This document shows positions 39,221 through 56,830 of a DNA stretch of 64,000 nucleotides, piece by piece; position 1 is the stretch's first letter; the number at the start of each line of letters is the position of its first letter. The translations under genes and the position numbers were made by a program. Source of the stretch: the human T2T-CHM13v2.0 reference genome, Homo sapiens; NCBI RefSeq assembly GCF_009914755.1, contig NC_060947.1; one strand, written 5' to 3'. Under the pieces are notes generated by a model. It was not told where the DNA came from and did no database searches. It saw nothing but the letters and a program-made list of their open reading frames with translations.

Positions 39221-42200
39221 GCATAGTAAGGGAAGAGAACAAGAGACTGCCTGGTAATCCAGGGAATTTTCCCAGATTTTACCCAACACCACCAAGGTGC
39301 TACCATTATGAGTCTGCAAGAGTCAAAGTGTTATTGGGCTAGGGTTGTCTCTTAATGTACATATGGCTGCAGTGACCACAGAATTAGATCACAACACTCA
39401 ATTCCCTTTGAATACTTGAACAACCTCTTCAAGAAAGACAGGTACAAAGAAGCCTGGCTACAAAGATTACAATAAATACCTAACTCTCCAATGCCCAGAC
39501 ATTGAGGAGCATCCATAACCATCACGACCCTCCAGAAAAAACATGACCTCACTACAAACTAAACAAGGTACCAATGATCAGTCCTGGAGTGACAGAGATA
39601 TGTGACCTTTCTGACAGATAATTCAAAATAGCTATTTTGAAGAAGCTCAATGAAATTCCAGATAACACAGAGAAGAAATGCACAATCCTATCAGATGAAT
39701 TAAACAGACTGAAATAATTTTTAAAAATTCAAGCAGAAATTCTAGAAATAAAATATATCCAATTGACATATTGAAGAATGCCTGAGTTTCTCAACAGCAG
39801 AATTCATCAATGAGAAGAAAGAATTGCAGTGCTAGAACACTGGATATTTAAAAATACGCTGAAGAGAGACAAAATAAAAACATAGAAAATATTGAAGCAT
39901 GCATACAAGATCTAGAAAATAGCCTCAAAGGGGCAAATCCAAGACTTATTACCCTTAAAGAGGAGGCAGAAAGAGAGAGAGAGACTGAGGTGGAAAGTTT
40001 ATTCAGAGAGATAATATCAGAGAATTTCCCAAACCTAGAGAAAGATATAAACATTCAAGTAAAAGAAAATTATAGAACACCAAGAAGATTTAACCCCAAT
40101 AAGACTACATTAAGACATTAAATAATCTAACTCCCAAAGGTCAAGGATGAAGAAAGGATCCTAAAAGTAGCATGAAAAAAGAAACAAGTGAACTACAAAG
40201 GAGCTCCAATATGTCTGGGAGTAGAATTCTCAGTGGAAACTTTACAGACCACGACAGAGTGGCATGATATATTTAAAGTGCATAAAGATAAAAATCTTTA
40301 TTCTAAAACAGAATATCCAGTGAAAATACACTACAAATATGAAGGAGAAATAAAGGCTTTCCCAGAAAAACAAAAGCTGTGGGATTTCATCAATATCAGG
40401 TCTGTCCTACAAGCAGTGGTAAAGGGAGTTCTTCATTCTGAAATAAAAGAAAGTTAATAAACAATAAGAAACCATGCAAAAATGCAAAACTCACTGCTTG
40501 TAAGTACACAAACAAATATAGAATATTGTTACATTGTAACTGTGGAATGTAAACTATCATATTTTGAGTAGGATAACTAAAAATTGCATCCATTAAAACA
40601 ATAACTAAAATAACATTTTAAGACATAGAGAGTGTAATAAGATATGAATAGAAACAACAGAAAGTTTAAAAGTGAAGGCATGAAAGTAAACTGTTGAGTT
40701 TTTAACTAAATTCCTCTTTGTTTATTTGTTAGTTTGTTTATACAATCAGTGTTAAGTTGTCATCAGTTTAAATAATGGATTATAAGATAGTATTTTCAAG
40801 CCTATGGCAACCTCAAATTTATAAACCTACAGTAGACACACAAGAAATAATAAGCAAGACATGAAAACATCGCCAGAGAAAATCACTTTCACAAGTAACA
40901 CCGGAAGAAAGAAAGGAAGCAAGAGGACACCACGAAACAACCAGAAAACAAATAACAAAATGAAAGTAATAAGTTTTTACTTATCAATAATAACAAAAAA
41001 TATAAATGGGCTACACTATCCAATTAAAAGACATATATTGGATGAATGCATAAAAAACAAGCCCCAAATATCTGCTGCCTACAACAAACAGAGTTTATCT
41101 ATAAAGACATACATAGATAGAACACAAAGGGATGAAAAAAGATATTCTATGCAAATGGAAACCAAAAATGAATACCTAGACTTACATTAGATACAATAGA
41201 TTTGGAGATGAAAACCTTTAGAGATAAAAAAGGTCAGTATCTATTAAAAAATAGGTCAAGTCAGCAAAAGGATGTAACAATTATAAATATATACGCACCC
41301 AACATGAGAGCACCCAGATATGTCAAGCAAATATAATTAGAGGTAAAGAGAGAGAAAAAATCCAATACAATAATAGCTAGATTTTTCAACACCACATTTT
41401 CAGCACTGGACAAGTTTTTCAGACAGAAAATCACAAAGAAACATTGGACTTAATCTTCACTGTAGATGAAGTGAATCTAATAGATATTTGTAGATCATTT
41501 TACCCAATGGCTGCATAATACACATTCTTCTACTCAGCACGTGGAACTTTCTCAGGGATAGATCATATGTTAAAACACAAAAGAAGCCTTAAAAATTCAA
41601 AAAACTTTGAAATAATATCAAGTATCTAATCAGATCACAATGCAATAAAACTAGAAATCAATAACAAGAGGAAATTCGGACAGTATAAAACACATCAAAA
41701 TTAAAAAATATATACTCCTGAATGACCAGTGTGTCAATAAAGAAATTAAAAAGAAAATTGAAAAATTCCTTGGAACAAATGAAAATAGAAACACAAGATA
41801 CCCAAACCTATGGGATACCACAAAAGCAGTACTAAGAGGAAAGTTTACTGCTGCAAGTGCCTATATAAAAAACATACAAAAATCAAAGAAATAACCAAAT
41901 GATGTATCTTAAAGAACTAAAAAACCAAGACCTGAAAACCAAAATTAGTAGAAGAGAAATGAAGCTCAGTAGAAATAAATAAAATTTAAATAAAAAATAC
42001 AAAATGTGAAAAAGTTAAAAGTTGTGTTTTGACAAGATATACATAATCCGCACATTATTAGCCTGACTAACTTAGAAAAAAAGAGAGAAGTCAGAAATAA
42101 AATAAAATCAGTGATCAAAGGAAGACATTACAACTGATACCACAGAAATTCAAAGGATCAGCAGAGACTAATAGGAGCAACTATATGCCAATAAATTGAA

Positions 42201-42565
42201 AATCCTAGAAGAAATAGATAAACTCCTAGACACACACAATCTGCCAAGATTTAATCATGAAGAGATCCAAAACCTGAATAGACTAGTGGCAAGTAATGAG
42301 ATTGAAGGCATAACATAAAATTTCTCAGCAAAGAAAAGCATGGAAACGAATGGACTCACTGCTGAATTCTACCAAACATTTAAAGAAATAATACCAATAC
42401 TTCTCAAATCATTCCAAAAAAAAAAAAAAAAACAGAGGAGGAGGGAATACTTACAAATGTATTCTATGAAGCCAGTCAGTATTACCTTGATACCAAAATG
42501 AGACCAAGACACATCAAATAAAGAAAACTATAGGCCAATATATCTGTGAACAATGATGCATATAT

Positions 42566-42806
42566 AGTTTTTTTAATTTTACTTTAAGTTCTGGGATACA
42601 TGTGCAGAAAGTGCAGGTTTGTTACATAGGTATATATGTGCCATGGTGGTTTGCTGCACCCGTCAACCTGTCATCCAGGTTTTAAGCCCCGCATGCATTA
42701 GGTTTTTGTCCTAATGCTCTCCCACCCCGACAGGCCCCGGTGTGTGATGTTCCCCTCCCTTTGTCCATATGTTCTCATTGTTCAACTCCCACTTATGAGT
42801 GAGAAC
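42566..42806 (-). mobile_element. short L1PA8-like 3' end inside L1MA ORF2
   Basis: L1PA 3'UTR. 13-bp TSD atgatgcatatat (42553-42565) / atgatgcgtatat (42807-42819). Confidence 0.92.
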
Positions 42807-44474
42807 ATGATGCGTATATTTGTAACAGAATAACAGAAAACTACAAATCAATTGATGTGATACATCATATCAACATAATGAGAGACAGAAATCATATGAT
42901 TATGTCAATTAATAGTGAAAAAGCATTTGTTGAAATTCAACATCCCGTCATGATAAAAACCTTAAAAAAACTGGGTATAGAATAAACATACCTCAACATT
43001 AAGAAAAAGCTATGTATGACATACTCTAGGCTATAATTATTCTGAATGGGGGGAAAACTAAAATCGTTTTCCTCTAAGATCTAAAGCAAGGCAAACATGT
43101 TCACTTTCACTACTGTTATTCAACATAGTACTAGAAGTCTTAGCTACAGCAGTCAGACAAGACAAAGAGATAAAGGGCAACCAAATTGTAATTGAAGAAG
43201 TTAAATTATCCTTTTTGCTTATGATATGATCTTATATTTGGAAAAACCTGAAGACCCCACCAAAATACTATTATAACTGATAAACAAATTCAGTGATGTC
43301 ATAAGATACAAAATCAACATACAAAATTTAGTAGCATCTTTATATGCTAACAGTGAGCACTCTGAAAAAGAAATCAAGATAGTAACCCCATTTAAAATGG
43401 ATAGAAATAAAATAAAATAAAATACCTAGAAGTAAACTGAATGAAAGAAGTGAAAGTGCTCTACAAAGAAAACTAAGAAACACTGATGAAGAAAGTTGAA
43501 GAAGATGCTGAAATATGAAAAATATTCCATGTTCATGGATTGTGAGAAGCAGTATTGTTGAAATGTCCATACTGCTCAAAGCAATGTATAGATTCAATAC
43601 AATCTCTATCAAAATACCAATGACATTCTTCACAGAAATAGAAAATAAAAACAATCCTGGAATTTATATGAAAACACAAACAACACAGAATAGCCAAAGC
43701 AGTTCTGAGCAAAAGGAACAAAACTGCAGGAATCACAATACCCGACTTCAAATTATACCACAGAGCCAAAGTAACCAAAACAACATGGTATTGTGTATCC
43801 CCCAAAGCAAGGAAATCAGGATATCAAAGAGATACTTGCACTCTCATGTTTATTGCAGCACTATTTACAATAGCCTGTATTGGGAAACATCCTAAGCATC
43901 CATCAAAAGACAAATGGGCAAAGAAAATGTGGTATATGTACACAATGGAAAACTATTCAGTGATAAGTGAGATCCTGTCATTTGCCACAAAATAGGAATT
44001 GGAGGACATTATGTTAGGTTAAATAAGCTAGGCACAAAAAGAAAAACTTTGCATGTTCTCACTTATTTGTAGAAGCCAAAAATTAATACAGTTGGTGCAA
44101 TGGAGATAGAGAGCTGAATGATGGTTACCAGAGGCTATGAAGACTAGTGGAGAGGGGGAAGGAAAACTGTGAATGATTAATAGTTACAAAAATGTAATTA
44201 GATAGAATGAATAAGATCTAACATTTTATTGTGCAATAGGGTGACTACAGTCAACAATAGTTTATCCTACATAAAATAACTAAAATAGTATAATGGAAAT
44301 GATTGTAACACAAATAAATTATAAATCCTTGAGGTAATGGATACTCCATTTACTCTGAAGTGATTATTATGCATTGTATCACTGAATTAAAATATCTCAT
44401 GTACCCCATAAACATATACACTTATTATATATCCATAAAATAAGAACAATTAAAACAAAAACTTTAAGAAACAA

Positions 44475-44796
44475 ACATAAATACCACATATTCTCACTCA
44501 TATGTAGAAGGCAAAACTGTATCTCACAGAAGTAGAGAATAACATAATTGTTACTAGAATCTGGGAAGTGTAGAAAGTAGAGGGGTTAGAAAGAGGTTGA
44601 TTAGAAGATACAAAATTATAGCTAGACAGGAAGAATAAGTTCTAGTTTGCTATAGCACTATAGGGAGACTATACTTAGTAATGATTCATGGTATATTTCA
44701 AAGAGCGATAAACAATGATTTTGAATGTTCCCAACACAGGGAAATGAAAAATGTTTGATGTGCTGAACATGTTAGTCTGGTTTGATAATTACATAT

Positions 44797-44844
<48 letters not shown>

Positions 44845-44900
44845 AACATCACTCTGTATCTCACAAATATGCAAAATTATTAGGTGACCATTAAAAATTT
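44475..44900 (+). mobile_element. L1MA4/5-like 3'UTR
   Basis: aaataccacatattctcactc...gatacaaaattatagctagacaggaagaataagttctag...gaatgttcccaacac. Confidence 0.75.
44800..44841. repeat. (AT)21 perfect microsatellite
   Basis: Seen directly in the sequence. Confidence 0.95.
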
Positions 44901-45371
44901 CTAAAAATGTAATCAAGTAGCACAACACACTGTGCAATTAGAGCCATATGTATACAAAAGGTATACTAGAGCTGAAAAATACAAACTGAAATGATTATTT
45001 TACTTGAAAGACAAAAGTAGTATACAAATTGCAGAAGAAAAGATTAGTAAATTTCACATAATTCAATAGAAACTATCCACACTGAAGCACAAAGAGAAAA
45101 AAGTATATATTAGCAAATCCTCAGTAAATTTTGAGACAATATAAAGCAATCATCACAATATTCATGCAGTTGTAATCTCAAAATACAATTAATTAATAAT
45201 AATAACTGTTTACAACATATGGAGAACTAAAATAAAAAAAGTTGGATGATGAAAGTTTTGGTATGCTACAAGTTAAACTAAAGATAACTGTTGTAAAACC
45301 TTAAACAAATAAACAATTATATAAAAAGAATATGCCAAAAGAAGAGATTAAATGAAACGCTAAAAACACTC

Positions 45372-46755
45372 ACACAGCCCTGAAATCAATTCATGCTTTT
45401 ATAATCAACTGATTTTAGGCAAAGGTGCACAGATGACACAATGGGGATAGGACATTCTCTTCAATACATGCTGTTTGGACAACTATATGTCCACAGGTAG
45501 AAGAATAAAATTTTCACCCTTTTCTCCTGTCATCTACAAAAATCAACCCAAAATGAATTAAATACTTACAGGTAGAACCTGAAACTATAAAACTATGAGA
45601 AGAAAACATAAGTGAAAAGCTTCATTACATTGATCTTGGCAAGGATTTTCTTAGATATAGCCCCAAAAGTTCAGGCAACACAACAAAAATAGATAAATGA
45701 GATTATGTCAAACTAAAAAGCTTTTGTACGGTCAAAGAAACAATCAACAGACTGAAGAGATAATCTATGTAATAAGATAATATATTTGCAAGCAATATAT
45801 CTGATAAAGTCTTATATCTAAAATATATCTAAAATACGTAAGGAACTCAGCTAACTTAATAGTAAGAAAACAAATAATCTGGTTTAAAAAGGGCAAAGGC
45901 ACCTGAATATACGTTTATTCGAAGACATTCAAATGGCCAATAGGTATATTAAAAAATGTTCAACATCATTATTAATCAGAGAAATGCAAATAAAAAAACA
46001 TGATAAGATATCGCCTTACACCTGATAGAATGGCAATTATAAAAAAAAAAAAAGATTAGTGCTGGTGAAGATGATAAGAAAAGGGAAACCTTGCACAATA
46101 TTGGTGGGAATGCAAATTAGTACAGCCATTATAGAAAATATTATAGAGGTTCCTCAAAAATTAAAGATAGAAGTACTAAATGATCAAGCAATCTAACTAC
46201 TGGGTATGTATTCAAAGGGTATGAAATGAGTATGTCAAAGAGATATCTGCACTCCCATGTCCATTACAGCAGTACTTAAAATAGCCAAGATGTGAAATCA
46301 ATGTAAGTGCCCATCCATGGATGAATAAATAAAGAAAATGTATACATACACAATGAAATACTATTTTACCTTATAAAATAAGGAAATTTTGTCATTTGCA
46401 ACAACATGGATAAACCTAAACGACATTATGTTAAATAAATAATCCAGGCATATAAAGACAAAAACCACATGATTTCACTTATATGTCAAATTTAAAAATG
46501 TAGAACTCATAAAAATAAAGAGTAAAATGGTGGTTACCACAGGCTGCAAGGTAAAAATATTGGGGAAATGGTGATCAAAGGACAATAAACTTCAATTAGG
46601 AAAGACTCATAAGTTCAAGATACCCATTATACCTTATGGTGACTACGGTTAATAACAATATATTGCATATTTGAAAATTGCTAAGTGAGTAGATATTAAG
46701 TGTTCTCACTACAAATAAATGATAACTATGTGAAGTATGATCATTTAAATAGTGT
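45372..46755 (+). mobile_element. L1MA6/7-like ORF2 end and 3'UTR
   Basis: caactgattttaggcaaagg...aactaaaaagctttt...tcatttgcaacaacatggataaacc...gaaaattgctaag. Confidence 0.8.
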
Positions 46756-46759
46756 TTTA

Positions 46760-49700
46760 TAAAATAAAATATATTACTAGGTATAAAGACAGATATTTCA
46801 TAATAAAAAAATCATAAATAAGGCACTTACAAATGAAATTATTATTAAGTACAGACTATACTTAATAAGTCTGAAAATTAATAGCATAAGTTTATAGAAC
46901 TGAAAGAAACAGAGAAGTCCACATTTGTATTTAGAGACACTAGAATTGCCCTCAAATAATTGAAAACTTCATAGAAAATCAATTAGAACATAGAATAATT
47001 GAACAACACTATCACACAATATAACCTAAATTACTTGTATAGAACATTCCATGTAACAGATACATTTATTCTTTCAAGTGCATTTGGAACATTGACCAAG
47101 GTAAACCATGTATTAGACCATAAATCCAGTCTTAATTACTATAAAAGGATTAAAATTATAGACCAAGTGTTCTCTGAACCATAAAGGAATTCAATTAGAA
47201 ATCAATTAAAAAAATTTGGACATTAGACAACATTATTGTAAATAACCCATGTATATTAGTTCATACTGCTATAAACAAATACCCAAGACTGGATATTGTA
47301 TAAAGGAAAGACGTTTAATTGACTCATGGTTCCACATGGCTGGGGAGGCCTCAGAAAATTTGGTGGAAGGCAAAGGGGAAGCAATGACCTTCACATGGTG
47401 GCAGGAGAGAGAAGTGAGGAGCGAAGGGGAAAGAGCCCCTTATAAAATAATCAGATCTCGTGAGAACTCACTCACTATTACAGGGACAGCATGGAGGAAA
47501 CTGCCTCCATGATCCAATCACTGCCACCAGATTTCTCCCTCGTCATGTGGGGATTACAGTGATTACAATTCAAGATGAGATTTGGGTAGGGACACAGCCA
47601 AACCATATCACCATGGGTCAATGAAAAAATCAAAACAGAGTTAAGAAGTAAGGATCATTTATAGAAATGAATGATAAGGACAACACAACATATCAACATT
47701 TGTGGGATACAGCAACAACAGAACTTAAAGTATAGCCTTAAATGCTTACATTAGAAATGGAAAATGCTTTAAAATCAATGATATAGGCATTAAACTTATG
47801 AAGCTAAGAATGAATAGCAAATTGAATACAAAGTAGGCAGAAAAAAGATAAACATTACAGTGAAATTTAGTAAAATAGAAGATAGGCAAATAATAGAGAA
47901 ATTTGAAATTGAAAGTTAATTAAGAACAATTACAGTACAAATTAAATTAAAGAACAAATACACAAATTCTTTACAGAAATACAACTCATCAAAGTGGATT
48001 TTATATGAAAGAGAAACTTTGAGCAGAAATATAAGAAAATAAGAAATGTAATTTGTTTTCAAAAACTTTCCCACACACAAAAAAACTTTAGGCTCAGTGT
48101 AATTTGTTTTCAAAAGCTTTCCAACAACAACACAAAAAAAAAACCTTAGGCTCAGGGGATTTTACTGGTAAGTTCCAGAAAGCATCCAAAATCACCATAA
48201 CACTAACATTATATAAATTCTTTTAGCAAATAATGGAGTGAACACTTTCTAACAACTTTTAGGAAGACCAAATTATCCTGATATAAAATTCAGATAAACA
48301 CAGAAAGAGAAATGATAGACAAATGCCCCTCATGAAGATAGATGTGACTTCCTCCCGAAACTATTAGCTATTTGAATACAAAATATGTTTTTAAAAAATA
48401 TATTCCAATAATATCTAAAGTTGGTTTAACATTAAAATTTAAAAAATATATTTACCACATTAACAACATGATGGGGAAAACTAATATGTTTAACTCAAAA
48501 TGCTCAAAAAGCATTTGATACAATTCAACATTCATCATAATAAAAACAAGCAAACAAAAAACTTACTACACACTAAGAACAAAAGAGGCTTTCTCATCCT
48601 GATAAAGGGTATCTATGATAAACCTGAAGAAAATCTCAAACTTAGTGATAAAGACCGAATGTTTTTTTCCTAAGACTGGGAACAAGTTTTTGATACTAGC
48701 ACTCACCATTTGCATTAAGCATTTTACATAATGTTTCTTTAGTGCAGTAAGACAAAACAAAGAAAAGACAAACTGATAGAAAAGGAAAAATTAAAACTAT
48801 CTTTATTCAGAAATGGCATGATCATGATTATAGACATTGTTATAACTCTACAAGAATCTACAAGTACTAGTTAGTAAATTTAGCAGGACACAGAATAAAA
48901 GGCCAGTATCAATTTCATTTCTATATGCTAAGAACAAAATTGAAAACTTAAAATAAGTCATATACAATTGCATTAAAGGTATAATAGAATATTTAAGAGA
49001 ATATTTTTAATATATGTCAAGACTTCTATATTTTAAGATATGTCAAGACTTCTACATCAAAACCACAAAACATTGGTGAAATAAATTTTCAAACAAAAAA
49101 AATGGAAATTTAAACCATCATTATCAATTGAAAGATTCAATGTAGAGAAATTATTATTTTTTCCCAAATTGACTTATTTGTTCTATGCAATTTTGAGTAA
49201 AATTTCTGCAGAATAATCTATACATAATTTATACAGCAATTCTAAATTTTATATGAAAAAGTAAAGAAACTAGAATAGAAAGAATACTTGAAATTAAAGA
49301 TTAATATATGATGCATGGGATATGAAGATTTACTGTGAACTTATAACAATCAAGAGAGTGCAGTATTGAAGCAATGATAAATCTATATATAAATGATACA
49401 GAATGGAGAGTCCAGAAGTAAACCCATACATATATAGTTAACTTATTTTTAATAACAATGCCCTGGTAATTTAATGAAGGGCATACAGTGTTTTCAACAA
49501 ACTGTCATGGAGCAATAAAAATAAGAAAAAATAAGACTTACATTTATTCCTATCTCACACTACATACAAATATTAATTCAAAATGAATCACAGAATTAAA
49601 AGTAAAATGTAAAATGATAATATTTATTAAATAAAACGAGAAAAATACTTTCATCTTTAGTGCATCACTGATTTTCAGAAAGGAGACAATGATTATAAAA

Positions 49701-50335
49701 TAAAAACAAAGACAAATTAGACTTTATCAATATTAAAAATTACTGCTTTATAAAAGACACCATTAAGTAATTAAAAAGATGGCAGAAACTAGGTAAAAAT
49801 ATGCACCAAACTCATATCTGAAAAATTAATTGTATACACAACTTATACAAAGGTCCAACACTTCAATACACAAAAAATTAATGCTCCTAAATGTCAAAAT
49901 ATTTGAAAAGATACTTCACAAAAAAAGATAAAAAAAGTCCAATATTCATATGAACAATTTTCAACATCTTTAGACACTGAAAAACAAAAACATATAGTAC
50001 CCACTAGAATGGCTAAAATAAATAACTTGACAATGCAAAATGCTTTCTAGGATGTAAAGAAATGGAACTCTCATTAATTTTGTGAAAATATAACTACCAA
50101 AATTGACTCAATGTAAAGCAGAAAATCTAAGTAAACTTTTATCTAATACAATAAATTAATTTTGTTCTGAAAAATCTTATCACAAAGAAAATTCTAGGCC
50201 ATGGTGACTTTACTATAAATGTGATATAATGGGTGTAATATAATGCAAATTGTTACAATTTTAGAAAATACAAAATGGAAATATAAAATGGTACAATCAC
50301 TTTGGGAAATATTTTGACAAAATCTTATAAATTTC
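46760..50335 (+). mobile_element. old L1M (MC/MD/ME-age) ORF2, heavily decayed
   Basis: Endonuclease end in ORF 46999..47184 (SSAFGTLTKVNHVLDHK). RT region aaaaagcatttgatacaattcaac at ~48505. Confidence 0.75.
47252..47610 (-). mobile_element. THE1/MST-type solo LTR
   Basis: tatattagttc...acagccaaaccatatca. Perfect TSD ccatg/ccatg. Confidence 0.92.
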
Positions 50336-51974
50336 TAGTAAGTTACTAATTAAACTTAGAATTTAAGGCAATGTCCAATTTTTCTTTCTAATATGAGAAT
50401 ATCATCTTCTCTTAAAGTTTAGTCAGTTTTAGGAGAATAGATTCTTCTTCTTAAGATTATTTTTAAATATTCTGGAATGGGTATGCTAGCCATGAAAAAG
50501 AACATCAATATATATGGAAATTTACCCATATAGAAGATATACTATTATGCTTTCCTTACTTATAAGATGCCTATAATCAAATGCATCAATTAACTCATAT
50601 TTCTAAGATTAACCAAAAAGTATATATTAAAATATAATTTTTAATTTTTTTCTGAAAAATGATGGCTAATTTTTAAAGAATACTAAATCAATGCTGGTAT
50701 TCTTTCTTAAAAGCTGAAAACATTTCATATTTTATTAAGGCAAATTCTTGTCTATATGGAAATGCATTAATGTAAAACTACTAATTGAATAAAATTATCA
50801 CCTTAAATCAATAGCACAAAATTACTCTCTTGGCCTTAGTTCAAAAATAAAAAGTAACAATTTTAAACTTTCACTTTCTAATACACACAGCAAGAAGATT
50901 TAACAATGTTGACGTTCATTCAGATAGAGTCCCAGCACTGAGTCAAAAGCATTTAACTTGGATCTTAGATTTTCAAAGTATCACTTGTATCGTTAAAATA
51001 AAGAAATGCAGGCTTTCTCCAGCAGACAGTGATTATGAGGTTCTCTGCTCACTTAAGTAGGATAAATTAATTCTTATTCAAAGGCAGAATACGAACAGTG
51101 AAAGATGTGAGAGCCTAAAACAAGTACTAAATGACTCTGACCAAAGCTTGTTTAGACTCTTAAGATATACACCACTCTGTATCTAATACAAGTAACCACA
51201 TCATTAGTATGTGTTTATATACTAGAATGAAACAGTCTCTATTTATCTGTAATAGATACATTTCCCTAAACTGATATTTCCGATTTAATGGAAGAAGAAA
51301 TTATTTTTTTAAATTTTTCCTTTTCTTCTTGTTTCTGGCTCTGATTTAATAGACACATGATTAGACATACAGGAATTCATATATTTATATAGCTATATAT
51401 CTAGTCATTTATCATATATGTATGATACCATAAACACAAATGTATGATATAGATATGCATATATGAATACATATGTCTATACACATATAGATATACATAA
51501 AGATATATAGGTGTATTGCTATTTTATTCTTTTTCCCATAAACACAATCAGATTAATAGGTAAATGGAATATAATAAAAACAAACCAAATAACACATTAT
51601 GTTACAAATTTGAAAAATAAGTAAAATAAGTAAGTTAACACAAAAAGCACAATTACAGAGGTATAAAAAGGTATACTTCTTTAGTATATCTCTAATGCCT
51701 GGCACAGTGCTGAGTATATAGTAAATAGCTCCCGACACAAAACAACATTGGCTATGCTTAACAACTTCTAACACTTGAATGTAAATCTTGGCATATTTTA
51801 TTTTAAATTCTAAAGCTCTACAACTCTTTCTAAATGGGCTAATTCATTTTTCACCTTGGAATTTCAAAACAAACAAACAAAAAAGCCTGTTCTGTTTGGT
51901 CAAATAACTCATCAAGGGAAAGCTTAGAAGACATTTAATGGAGAGACATACTCAGTAGCAGCGGTGAGTCTATC

Positions 51975-52495
51975 AATTGCTTTTAATTTTACAGGCTCAT
52001 AGGCAGAAGGGACTTGCCTTGTCTCAGATGAGACTTTGAACTTGGACTTTTGGGTTAATGCTGGGATGAGTTTAGACTCTGGGAAACTGTTGGGAAGGCA
52101 TAATTGTGTTTGAAATGTGAGAAGAACATGAGACTTGTGAGAGGTCAGGGACAGAATGGTATGTTTTGTCTATGTTTCCCCACCCAAATCACATCTAGAA
52201 TTGTGATTCCAACATGTCGAGAGACCTGCTGGGAAGTGATTGGATCATGGATTTGGTTTTCCCATCCTGTTCTCATGATAGTTCTTATGAGATCTCATGG
52301 TTTAAAAGTGTTTGACAGTCCCTCCCCCCACTGCCATGTAAGACATGCCTTGCTTCCCCTTCATCTTCTGCCATGATTGTAAGTTTCCTGAGGCCTCCCC
52401 AGCCATGTGGAATTGTGAATCAATTAAAATTCTTTTCTTTATAAATTACCCAGTCCAGGTAGTTCTTTATAGCAGTGTAAAAATGAACTAACACA
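51975..52495 (+). mobile_element. MST-type provirus remnant: 3' internal 51975-52156 plus LTR 52157-52495; 5' part missing
   Basis: ttgcttttaattttacaggctcataggcagaagggacttgcc (homologous to 21447-21490); LTR ends gaactaacaca. Confidence 0.88.
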
Positions 52496-52805
52496 CCACT
52501 CCCTAAATCAGTTCAGTGCTGAGTAGAGTTAAGGCCTTCCCTTATGTCTGGATTTTCAGGCTCCCAAGTGGGGGTGTATATCCTCTAGGCAGTCTCTCCT
52601 TCTCTCATACTCCTAGTTTTCACCTGGCTCACAATGTAGGTTGCAATCTGCCACTTCTTTGAAAGATTCTGTGAATTCTTTCAGTTTTCCTGTTAATTCC
52701 CTGCATTGCCTTTTTAGAAAAGTTCACACTATGTATCTCTAAATACTATTTTGTCTTTCCAAGAGGGAGAGGCATGCTAACTCTGCCTCTGATTCACGAC
52801 CTTAG
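52496..52805 (-). mobile_element. orphan L1 (L1M2-like) extreme 5' end
   Basis: rc: ...aatcagaggcagagttagcatgcctctccctcttggaaagacaaaatagt...gtgtgaactttt. Confidence 0.6.
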
Positions 52806-52824
52806 AAAAGTAAAATTTAAGTGA

Positions 52825-53160
<336 letters not shown>

Positions 53161-53170
53161 AATAAACTGA

Positions 53171-56600
<3,430 letters not shown>

Positions 56601-56614
56601 CCATATAACATTCT

Positions 56615-56830
56615 TAAAATACAATGCATAGAAATGGAAAACTAATTAGAACTTGCCCAGTTTTAAGGTAGGTTGGGGAGAAGGATATTGTGTGGTTATA
56701 AAAGGTCAACATCAGGAATTCTTGTGGTCATAAAACTATTCTGTATTGTATGTGCAGGTGTCTCTGTTTTATTTTGCACAACTGTGTGTGAAAATACAAT
56801 TATTGTAATATTTCAAAAAGTTTAAGTGAA
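56615..56830 (+). mobile_element. L1MC/MD 3'UTR fragment
   Basis: gtggttataaaaggtcaacatcaggaattcttgtggtcataaaactattctgt. Confidence 0.55.

Larger units (their letters stand above)
37616..44470 (+). mobile_element. L1MA3-like LINE-1 lacking its extreme 5' end, with tandem 5'UTR units, ORF1, ORF2 (3' deletion at ~43793) and 3'UTR
   Basis: ORF1 relic in ORF 40188..40457. ORF2 start MKVISFYLSIITKNINGLHYPIKR at 40960. RT region 42850-43250. L1MA-type 3'UTR ending aatatctcatgtaccccataaac... Confidence 0.9.

Noticed and set aside
40861-43895. Potentially active L1 ORF2
   Set aside because: Multiple frameshifts, an L1PA insertion and a large 3' deletion.
51964-51994. GTGAGT...TTTTACAG mini-intron at the MST breakpoint
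   Set aside because: Only 31 nt, below the usual spliceosomal minimum; the acceptor is part of the MaLR internal consensus.
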